From IMG/VR virus record IMGVR_UViG_3300047159_000049: a DNA stretch of 25,775 nt; one strand, written 5' to 3'. The position numbers were made by a program, and so were the translations under genes. Each line of letters starts with the position of its first letter. Positions within the stretch are counted from its first letter, which is position 1. This document shows positions 16,741 to 24,461 of the stretch, piece after piece. The DNA is from a virus (taxonomy: Duplodnaviria; Heunggongvirae; Uroviricota; Caudoviricetes). The notes beneath the pieces were generated by a model. The model saw only the letters and a program-made list of their open reading frames with translations, was not told the origin of the DNA and did no database searches.

Positions 16741-16819
16741 GATCGGCCAGAGGGGCGGTACCCCCAAAAGGCCGAGAAACGCGCAGGGTAATGGCAAGCC
16801 CTCAATAGCTTGCCTTAAT

Positions 16820-16895
16820 GGGGCTTTAGCTCAGCCGGGAGAGCGCCTGCTTTGCAAGCAGGAGGTCAGGGGTCCGATCCCCCTAAGTTCCACCA
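16820..16895 (+). tRNA. tRNA-Ala(TGC)
   Basis: GGGGCTT/AAGTTCC with G3.U70, TCCGATC. Confidence 0.95.
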
Positions 16896-16899
16896 GCAT

Positions 16900-16996
16900 A
16901 GTCGGGTATCTCAATGTTTAGAGAGTTCAACTTATAATTGAATGTAAAAGCTGATACAATCAGTGAATGTGGGTTAAAGTCCCGCCCCGACTACCA
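16900..16996 (+). tRNA. tRNA-Ile(TAT) with 26-nt variable region
   Basis: AGTCGGG/CCCGACT, D stem TCTC/GAGA, TTCAA-CTTATAA-TTGAA, V-arm GCTGAT/ATCAGT, T-loop TTAAAGT, CCA. Confidence 0.8.
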
Positions 16997-17140
16997 TCTA
17001 AAAATAAGAGTCGCGTATGCGGTTCTTTTTTTTTGATTAAAGCAACCGCTAAATTAGTTATAGTAGTAGTCATTTTGCCGATACAAGATATATAATAATC
17101 GTGAGCGAAGGACGATTGTAAGTCCGCTCAACGTTCGTTC

Positions 17141-17217
<77 letters not shown>

Positions 17218-17219
17218 GT

Positions 17220-17307
17220 GGAAGGATGGCCGAGTGGTTGATGGCACCGGTCTTGAAAACCGGCAGGGAGCAATCCCTCTAGGGTTCAAACCCCTATCCT
17301 TCCGCCA
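17220..17307 (+). tRNA. tRNA-Ser(TGA), second copy
   Basis: GGAAGGA/TCCTTCC, canonical U33 and TTCAAAC, long variable arm. Confidence 0.95.
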
Positions 17308-17322
17308 ATACGATACTAAAGA

Positions 17323-17417
17323 CCTGTACCCTTGGACCGGCTAAAGACCGGGAAACTCGGATCAGACCACGGAAACGCGGCAAGGATCAACAGGCCTGCG
17401 CGAAATAAAAGGGTAGG
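17323..17417 (+). ncRNA. Candidate small structured RNA downstream of tRNA-Ser
   Basis: Closing helix TACCCTT/AAGGGTA around two GAAA-loop hairpins. Confidence 0.4.
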
Positions 17418-17496
17418 AGAATAAGCGCTTGAAATTCGTTGTTTAAGGCCTCAAGAAAATTAAAATATTTCCAGGTCGGAAAGGGCATATACTATC

Positions 17497-18018
17497 ATGG
17501 AAGACGAAGGTTTTGTTTTGCGCCGAATCGCCTCGGAAAAGAGAGCTCCAAAAGGCGCCCCAGAAATGATTACTATCAAGGCGTACATGCTAGACAATAA
17601 GAGAAAATGCCAAGCAAGATGCTTCTGGAATACATGCACACGCTACATCGATGCCAGCAGCCTTGATGACATCTCAGCGACGGATGTGATCGAAGATCTG
17701 AAGAAATCCGGTTATGCCCAATGGCGCGACTGGATGATCAGCAAGGAATTCTTGAGGAACGCCAAAGGAATTCATATTGATTTAGATATCATACATTCGA
17801 CTACGTCACTAACGGATATCGAGAACGTGCTTGGCTGGGGCGGGGTTCCAAAGGACAACCCCAGCGTTTTGATTACGATACGCTACAAAGGCCTACGGGC
17901 ATCGTTCTGTTCGCCAGATCTCGAAGATGTCAAGATATCGCTTAATCAGATCAAGCTTCTAGGAAACGACAGGCTGAGCATCGAATCTGATCAGATCGCG
18001 ATGAGTCTTAGCATTTGA
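17497..18018 (+). CDS. Hypothetical protein, paralog A
   Basis: 173 aa; shares GYxxWRxWMIxKxF and the C-terminal pattern with the next gene. Confidence 0.8.
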   Translation: MEDEGFVLRRIASEKRAPKGAPEMITIKAYMLDNKRKCQARCFWNTCTRYIDASSLDDISATDVIEDLKKSGYAQWRDWMISKEFLRNAKGIHIDLDIIHSTTSLTDIENVLGWGGVPKDNPSVLITIRYKGLRASFCSPDLEDVKISLNQIKLLGNDRLSIESDQIAMSLSI

Positions 18019-18037
18019 TTTTAGAAAGGAGATCGCT

Positions 18038-18613
18038 ATGGACAGCAAAGGATTCACCATCAAGCAGATCATGGAATCTGTAAGCGAAGACGACGAGCTT
18101 AAAAAACTAATCAAATCCTACCCAGACGTGATTTCGGTCAAGACATACGGCCGCGAAGACGAAGAAGGAACTGAGCTAAAATGCAAATGGATGGACGTCC
18201 GAGACAGCGAAGGCAGCTCCAAAGAGCTAAAAGTCTCGTTCGACGACATCTCGTCAAGCATCATCTACAAGGATCTGGAATCGATGGGATACATCAGATG
18301 GCGCAATTGGATGATCGGCAAGGACTTCTTCAAATCCAACGAGAAAGGCCTTAGCGTAATCTGCAGGCGTTTCGATCCATCGAACAACGTCCTTATGTTG
18401 ATGACGCTGATGACAAGCCGATCGTCGTCTGCGGAAGACTTCAAGCCTAAAGTCGTCGTCGCCATCGTCAGGGAATCGACCGAGCAAGTCGTGGCGTCGT
18501 TTTATTCAGGGACCGACAAAGACGCCAAGCTATCGCTCGACGATATCAAGAATCTCGGAAGCGAGGATCTATCTATGCAGGCCGATGAGCTGACGGTAGA
18601 TCTTCAGATCTGA
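18038..18613 (+). CDS. Hypothetical protein, paralog B
   Basis: RBS AGAAAGGAG; 191 aa; similar to 17497-18018. Confidence 0.82.
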   Translation: MDSKGFTIKQIMESVSEDDELKKLIKSYPDVISVKTYGREDEEGTELKCKWMDVRDSEGSSKELKVSFDDISSSIIYKDLESMGYIRWRNWMIGKDFFKSNEKGLSVICRRFDPSNNVLMLMTLMTSRSSSAEDFKPKVVVAIVRESTEQVVASFYSGTDKDAKLSLDDIKNLGSEDLSMQADELTVDLQI

Positions 18614-18654
18614 CGCCGGGCTTCAAAGAAAGGAAAAAATAAAATAATTTCTAT

Positions 18655-19980
18655 ATGGACAATTCAGTAATAGACGAATATCTGTCTCATCAGAATGAGT
18701 GCAGGAAGATCGAACGCGATCTTACTAAGGAGCTCGCCGATTTATTCTACAATACGCTCAAAGCCCATCCTGAAGTTCCGATGGTCATGGTCGATTCCGG
18801 CACCGGGAAGATCATGCCTTACAACGGAAAGGGCAAAGTCGTCCAAGCCCAGATCGGGACGCTTGAGCCTCTGTACAAGCAAGTCAACACGATTCTCGAT
18901 TCCGTCGGATGCAACCAAGGCCGCGCAAACGACATGATCACCAACGGATTGGCCTGGGGCAAGATCAGGTTTTGCATGGTCGGCATCAACGGAGGCCTTA
19001 TCAACGACGCCTACGGGGATCTGATCGCCGTCAATCCGTATTATGACTTCCACGACAAGATCAGATCGTCGCTTCAGAACAGCATCGAAGATCTCGATCT
19101 TCCGGCATTCTCGTTCAAGTCGATGGAGAATTATCGAAGAGGGCTTCATGTCGTCGATGAGCTTCCGAAGAGCTGCATCGGAGACAGCGCAGCCCTCAAG
19201 GCCAAGATACACGAGACTATAGCCAAGGTGTTTTATGGAAGCGAGCATCTTAAAGATGCCTACAGCCAATACGACAAGATGATCGACCATGCGTATTTGA
19301 CGATGAAGAAGGAGGATGACGCCATCAACAACATCATCGCCTGCTCCAACGGGGTGTCTATCACGACAGGATACGACCCAGACATCGCCGGCCTCGAAAC
19401 AAGGCTAGACAAAAGCGGCCATTCCGAGATCGTCTCAGAAGACAAGACCTACCTTCCTCATAAGATCAAGGAAGGCATATTCATCGGCTCCGACAATAAG
19501 CATCCGAAGGTGTCGAAGGCCTATACAGAGTCTAAGTTCGCGGCCATGCCTGGGATGATCAAGTTCTATCGTTATGTTCGCCAGAGAGAGCGCGGCGGAG
19601 GATTTAGGTCATTCGGGTCCGGCAGATCCGGCAAAGAAAACACCAATCCGTATATGTACTTTAACTGCAACGAGACGATCTTCCTAAAATCAGCAATCGT
19701 CAAGACTCTCCCCGGATTCGAAGTCATGGGCATTCCCAACTCATCGTATTACGGAGATGGCAAGACCGTCGACAGACTCGTCATCAATATGGGAAACCTT
19801 TTGGATAAGGACTACCGTGGAGGCGGCGGAGGCTATGGGGATGAAACCACAAGCCAGGGTCTGCTAATCCTTGACTTCACCAAAGGCGGCCAGGATGATC
19901 TAAAACGCATGCTGGTAGATGAGCAGAAAGTCATGACCATCGAACAATTTAATTCGGTGATGATGGACTTGATTCTTTAA
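18655..19980 (+). CDS. Hypothetical protein
   Basis: 441-aa ORF with coding-like codon usage; no motif recognised. Confidence 0.85.
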   Translation: MDNSVIDEYLSHQNECRKIERDLTKELADLFYNTLKAHPEVPMVMVDSGTGKIMPYNGKGKVVQAQIGTLEPLYKQVNTILDSVGCNQGRANDMITNGLAWGKIRFCMVGINGGLINDAYGDLIAVNPYYDFHDKIRSSLQNSIEDLDLPAFSFKSMENYRRGLHVVDELPKSCIGDSAALKAKIHETIAKVFYGSEHLKDAYSQYDKMIDHAYLTMKKEDDAINNIIACSNGVSITTGYDPDIAGLETRLDKSGHSEIVSEDKTYLPHKIKEGIFIGSDNKHPKVSKAYTESKFAAMPGMIKFYRYVRQRERGGGFRSFGSGRSGKENTNPYMYFNCNETIFLKSAIVKTLPGFEVMGIPNSSYYGDGKTVDRLVINMGNLLDKDYRGGGGGYGDETTSQGLLILDFTKGGQDDLKRMLVDEQKVMTIEQFNSVMMDLIL

Positions 19981-19991
19981 GGAGGTCTGAT

Positions 19992-20672
19992 ATGGGCCAA
20001 AGATTAGTTATCACCATCAAAGAAGGAGGCAAGAACATTGCCGCCGGATATTGGCACTGGTCCGCGTATACGGCATCGTCGATCGAAGCCGCAAACAAAG
20101 TGCTCGAATTCATCAAGTCCAAATCGGCAGACATCGAAAGCTACAAAACTCATCAGAGGTTTGCGGCCGACGCTTTGCTGCATGAGGAGGATGGCGTGTC
20201 GTTCGAGAATACCGAATCCTATAAGATCTTCTTTGGAACTGACATGCCTGAAGATTATGGGCAAGACCGCAATAGCGGAGTCGTCTGCTTAGACGATGCC
20301 GGAATAGCCAGTTTGAGAGAATGGGCCGAAGGAAGCGTCGACATCGACATCACGGACCTCGCCAATCTTAAGATCTTGTTCGACGTGTTCTGGACGCAGT
20401 CTATCGAAGAATATGCCGAAAATTATCCAGGCGTTCTAAAGGCGAAAGACGTCAATGCGTCATTGGCTCATCACGGCATCGTCACTGTTTACACGGCAAA
20501 GCCGCGCAAGCAGGTATTCTCAAAAGACGTTTATCCGTGGCCGAAGAACGTGACGTCGATGACGTTAGCCGAATACGAAGCGATGGCTAGGATCATCGGA
20601 TCCGCGATGAGCAAAAACAAAAACGGCGTCAGAACCATTAAGCCCAGCCGCATATACATGTTCATCGAATGA
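19992..20672 (+). CDS. Conserved-looking phage hypothetical protein
   Basis: RBS AAGGAGG; N-terminal MGQRLVI..YWHWSAYT pattern. Confidence 0.85.
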   Translation: MGQRLVITIKEGGKNIAAGYWHWSAYTASSIEAANKVLEFIKSKSADIESYKTHQRFAADALLHEEDGVSFENTESYKIFFGTDMPEDYGQDRNSGVVCLDDAGIASLREWAEGSVDIDITDLANLKILFDVFWTQSIEEYAENYPGVLKAKDVNASLAHHGIVTVYTAKPRKQVFSKDVYPWPKNVTSMTLAEYEAMARIIGSAMSKNKNGVRTIKPSRIYMFIE

Positions 20673-20685
20673 CTAGTATAATGTA

Positions 20686-20828
20686 GTTGCGGCAAAGAGC
20701 TGCATAAGCTCATCGTGTTGCGGGCAGGCAGATCGTGCACGCCAGCCCTTACAACGAAAATTACGGTGCGATTCCGTAAGCCGCGATCACTGACCGGCCG
20801 CCCCGCAGTATAACTGGGGCGGCTTTCT
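20686..20828 (+). promoter_or_regulatory. tRNA-like cloverleaf followed by terminator-like hairpin in a gene leader
   Basis: GTTGCGGC/GCCGCGAT outer helix, GAGC/GCTC arm, 43-nt central arm, TTACGG-TGCGATT-CCGTAA T-like arm; then GCCGCCC..GGGCGGC-TTTCT. Confidence 0.5.
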
Positions 20829-20857
20829 GGTGCACCGAAAGGAAAAAAATAAAAATT

Positions 20858-21535
20858 ATGCCACAGCAAGATTCAGCCCAACCACCATTGGTTGCGGCTA
20901 AGACTCCGGTTGTCGAGACCATGGATATCAACCTCCCGGTCAAAGAAGCCGATGCCAAGATCGAGTATCTGTCCCAATTCGGATGAAAGCTTGAATCTCA
21001 GAAGTTCAAGACAAGCAGCAAGCCGTCGAAGTATTTCGTTGACGACGAAGGATACGTCCAAAGAAACGTCGTATACGAGCAAGTCGATCTCAAATTCACC
21101 AGAGTGAAGCATCCTGAGGTGTATGCCGCCGAGCGCGAATACCATCTCTATGAGAGCCATTATTCCGAGGCGAAAGACGAAGCCGATTATCTTTATACGA
21201 TCATCGATCCGAAAGCCGTAACGAAGAAGCGCCGCTCCAGAGTGGCTCTTTACATCTCGGCCGGGGTCATCGCGCTAGCGGCGATCGCGCTGATCATCGC
21301 GGCGGCCGTCATCAGAAAAGACGTCTGGTATCTCATCGCCCCGGCGGCGGCGTTCGCGATCGTTTCCGGGATTCTTCTATATTGCGCCCTCCACGTCAAA
21401 TGCGGGAAGGACTTCATCTCAGGCGTCACCGATCAATGCAATGACATCGAGGCTAGATGCGAAGAGATGAAATCGATCCTTGACGAAGACGTCAAAGAGA
21501 TGCACGCCGCGTATAACGGCGATGCCAAGAAGTAA
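20858..21535 (+). CDS. Two-TM membrane protein, interrupted by one in-frame TGA at 20984-20986
   Basis: ATG 20858 and the 21104-21535 ORF share a frame; a single TGA lies in YLSQFG*KLESQK; two hydrophobic helices in the C-terminal half. Confidence 0.65.
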
Positions 21536-21567
21536 GCCTGCGGGCTTTAAGGAAAAATAAAAAAATT

Positions 21568-22506
21568 ATGCCAAATCGCAAGATCCAAGCCGGAGTCACT
21601 CCGGATATTTTCAAAAGCAAATATGCCGCGTTCATCAAAAGCCACGCAAATGCTTTAGGTAGCTCCGTTTCTGACATCCAGCAATACAGCAATAACTTCA
21701 CTGATATCAGTTACATGGTGTTCTCATGCTGCGATTTCTTTCAGACTATGAAAGACCTTCAGAAGATCCAATTCGACTTCGAGAACCTCGATATCGGCCG
21801 TCCTGACGGATCAGATAACTGCTCCGTCGAGAGCGCCGCGTTCGAAGACATCGGAGGCACCAACGTTTTATGGGTTACTGCCGGAGGCGATTGGGAATGC
21901 CCGATTGCATTCGTTCTCTATTTCGATGACAAAGACGCGCTTCGCGCATACATCCCGGAAGATGGAAACGTCTATTGCCACCACTGCAAAGCGGCGTATG
22001 GCAACAACAACTGTGACAAATGCACCTTCGATGACATCACCAAAGCAGATATCCAGCGCATATGCCAGGAATGCAATTGCATCTGCAAAGGGACCGAAGA
22101 GTCCATCGAGGATATCAATTGCAACGACACCGCTCTGTCAAATGACGTCCGTGCCCGCCTTGAGATCGTCGATGCGTCTGGCAACGTTACCATTCCGGCT
22201 CAGCTTCCGGTCGCGGCATCAACCCCAGCCCAAGCGACGGCTCAGACTCAGGCTAGCTCCCAGGTGGCTAATCCCGCTCCGGCGCCTGCCCCGGTCGCTG
22301 CTACCAAGATCACGTCTGACCAATTGGCCGCGGCGCTCATCATCAGCGATGCTCTTGACAAGGATCTCATGAACAAGCTCACCGACACCATTGGCGCAAT
22401 CGCCGGCCAGATGAACTTCTACATCCCTCCTGTCAAGGATATCCTCAACGACGATTCCGTCGTCAAGGTCGTCAAGAAGATTCTCGATACGTATCCTTGG
22501 CATTGA
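21568..22506 (+). CDS. Hypothetical protein with Cys-rich segment and Ala/Pro/Gln-rich linker
   Basis: 312 aa; AGGDWECPIAFVLYFD..LRAYIP..GN motif, several CxxC, low-complexity linker. Confidence 0.85.
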   Translation: MPNRKIQAGVTPDIFKSKYAAFIKSHANALGSSVSDIQQYSNNFTDISYMVFSCCDFFQTMKDLQKIQFDFENLDIGRPDGSDNCSVESAAFEDIGGTNVLWVTAGGDWECPIAFVLYFDDKDALRAYIPEDGNVYCHHCKAAYGNNNCDKCTFDDITKADIQRICQECNCICKGTEESIEDINCNDTALSNDVRARLEIVDASGNVTIPAQLPVAASTPAQATAQTQASSQVANPAPAPAPVAATKITSDQLAAALIISDALDKDLMNKLTDTIGAIAGQMNFYIPPVKDILNDDSVVKVVKKILDTYPWH

Positions 22507-22531
22507 TTTAACGCGAAACTCGCTGTATCAT
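22503..22531 (+). promoter_or_regulatory. sigma70/sigmaA-type promoter for the tRNA-Met/ncRNA/tmRNA/tRNA-Leu unit
   Basis: TTGATT-N17-TATCAT with TG extended -10, 7 nt upstream of the tRNA. Confidence 0.7.
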
Positions 22532-22537
22532 AATACA

Positions 22538-22614
22538 AGCGGGTATACGGAACCGGGTATCCTATCAGCCTCATAAGCTGAAAATAGTGGGTTCGACTCT
22601 CACTCCCGCAACCA
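22538..22614 (+). tRNA. tRNA-Met(CAT), initiator-like acceptor end
   Basis: TCAGC-CTCATAA-GCTGA, TTCGACT, 3' CCCGCA-A-CCA with unpaired 1:72 as in fMet; lacks the three G-C anticodon-stem pairs. Confidence 0.82.
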
Positions 22615-22619
22615 ATTTC

Positions 22620-22954
22620 GAATGATTGCATCATCGGCCGGCGATACGGCCGATGGTGGTCAGATTAGGCGCGATTGCCTGCGCCGATATCACAAAGGCA
22701 GGCCGATTCTTGGCGTGATAACCGAGATCAAGCCCCGTGAGAAAACACGGAACGCTGAGTCACAAGGAGCGCTCGTAAAACGGCGTGGACTGGCTCAGAA
22801 AACTCCGCATATGACTGCATCGATGTCCATAAATCAATTATTCGGTTCCATCAAAAACAGCTAGGTGCGCCGGCGACATTCTAGTGCCAAAGGCGTGCTG
22901 AGGCTCTGCGGAAGGGAAACGACGGCGAAGGAAAACACCGCATCAAACCATTCT
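22620..22954 (+). ncRNA. Candidate ~335-nt structured non-coding RNA of unknown family
   Basis: Terminal pairing GAATGATT/AACCATTC, 12-bp hairpin CATCATCGGCCG/CGGCCGATGGTG and several further helices; fills the gap between tRNA-Met and tmRNA. Confidence 0.55.
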
Positions 22955-22959
22955 CTGTC

Positions 22960-23372
22960 GGGCCTGCCCAGGTTTTGACGGAGGCGACCAGATCTTAGTC
23001 GCAGCGGCCCGGTGAGCCTAATACACCAAGCCCAATAATCGCTAACGGTTATCATTATAACTACGGCGCAAGCCGTAGCTATGCCTACGCTGCCTAAGGC
23101 GTAGACCTCAGCTAGTCTGGGGCTCGTCGATCCTGCGGGACCGATGGCACGTCATCCGCGTTGTTTACGTCTCCAACGCGGGGAGTGACGTCACAAAAAG
23201 ACCGACGCTTCCGGTCCCATGGCAAACGGGAACGGAAAACGGTTATCGCCGATTGCTATCACGGCGTCAGTTCCGTTGGCGTAGATGCGCCGTGATTACA
23301 AACGCCAAACAAGCTGTAGTGACTATTTGATGGAACCTTCGGACAGGGGTTCGATTCCCCTCAGGTCCACCA
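22960..23372 (+). ncRNA. ssrA: tmRNA
   Basis: 5' GGGCCTG..GGTTTTGACGG pairs with 3' CAGGTCC-A-CCA (G3.U70); T arm GGGGTTCGATTCCCC; tag frame 23041-23097 ANGYHYNYGASRSYAYAA-stop after AATAATC. Confidence 0.93.
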
Positions 23373-23373
23373 T

Positions 23374-23458
23374 GCGCGAATGGCGAAATGGTATACGCTG
23401 CGGTCTCAGAAGCCGCTGCCCCAAAAGCATGCTGGTTCAACTCCAGTTTCGCGCACCA
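23374..23458 (+). tRNA. tRNA-Leu(CAG)
   Basis: GCGCGAA/TTCGCGC, long variable arm, TTCAACT, CCA. Confidence 0.93.
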
Positions 23459-23468
23459 TGCGTTCGAT

Positions 23469-23498
23469 ATCCCGGACAGCATCCGGGATTTTATTTTT
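23469..23498 (+). terminator. Intrinsic terminator
   Basis: ATCCCGGA-cagca-TCCGGGAT followed by TTTATTTTT. Confidence 0.82.
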
Positions 23499-23529
23499 AT
23501 TTCCCCTCGATTGGGGTGAAAGGACACTT

Positions 23530-24417
23530 ATGAAAAAGGATAATAAATCCGTTGCAGCCAAGCCAGCATATCCGTATTATAGCGACGATCTCCATAAAAA
23601 CTGCAAAACAACAGTCTTAGATTACATCGTCAACCGGACGGTCATCGCGGTTTTCAATCCGGCCCCGGAAAAGCTAAAGCCATCGTATCCGGATGCGTGC
23701 AATATCTACAACGTCGTCTTAGGATACCGCGGGAACCGCGCCGGGAAGTGCGTCGAGGACGTCTCGATGCGATCCAATTACAACGGGATGTTCCATGACA
23801 GCGTGTCCGATTGCGTCGGGATCGCGAGAAAGAGGAAAGACGACAGCGATCCATATCCGAAGACCCTTGAAGCCACTGGAGACCCGGTCGACATCGCTAG
23901 CCTGATGCCAAAAATCATCAGCAAAGCTCAGGACGGCAAATGGAATAAAGTCAGCATGCCGCTCCCATATCGGATCAAAGCCGACCAGACCAATTCGGCG
24001 AGCCATCCGATCATGAACTCGAATGGATTTGGCAACGCCGACATCTACGTCAATCCAGACGTCGTCGCCAGAAGCAAAAAGCAAACGGGGATAGTGTATC
24101 GCGTGCTGGTCGGATTCTCGAAGAGCGGCGCATACGTCTCCGTCCATGGGTTCTTCGATACCAAAACGGCCATCATCAAAAACGATTGCCCGATTTATAT
24201 CATGGGGACTCATCATATGTATCATGAGTGGGAATCAAAGATCATCAAGGTCTGGTTCTCGTATCGCAGATCGTCCGACTTCGCCGGAACCGTTCTAAAA
24301 GATATCTTCAGATACGCGGACGCATTCGTCAAGGCATTCGACCTTGGGGACTACGACTCCGAATCGATCAAGAGCACTCTGGTTTCCAGCGCGATGGATT
24401 TCCTAGTTGCAAAATAG
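23530..24417 (+). CDS. Hypothetical protein
   Basis: RBS GAAAGGA, ATG 23530; the upstream part of the ORF-track entry overlaps tRNA-Leu and is spurious. Confidence 0.82.
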   Translation: MKKDNKSVAAKPAYPYYSDDLHKNCKTTVLDYIVNRTVIAVFNPAPEKLKPSYPDACNIYNVVLGYRGNRAGKCVEDVSMRSNYNGMFHDSVSDCVGIARKRKDDSDPYPKTLEATGDPVDIASLMPKIISKAQDGKWNKVSMPLPYRIKADQTNSASHPIMNSNGFGNADIYVNPDVVARSKKQTGIVYRVLVGFSKSGAYVSVHGFFDTKTAIIKNDCPIYIMGTHHMYHEWESKIIKVWFSYRRSSDFAGTVLKDIFRYADAFVKAFDLGDYDSESIKSTLVSSAMDFLVAK

Positions 24418-24461
24418 TCGGCGCAAGCCTAAACTGTATTCGCTAGAAAGAAGGTACCATC

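Noticed and set aside
20761-20810. Cobalamin riboswitch (CGGTGCGATTCCG and CCCCGCAG resemble its motifs)
   Set aside because: The AGGGAA core is missing and the spacing to CCCCGC is too long; the cloverleaf fold explains the sequence better.
22620-22954. RNase P, SRP or 6S RNA identity
   Set aside because: It lacks GAGGAAAGUCC and the P4 partner, lacks the SRP GGAA/GCAG domain-IV motif, and is not a single long 6S-type hairpin.
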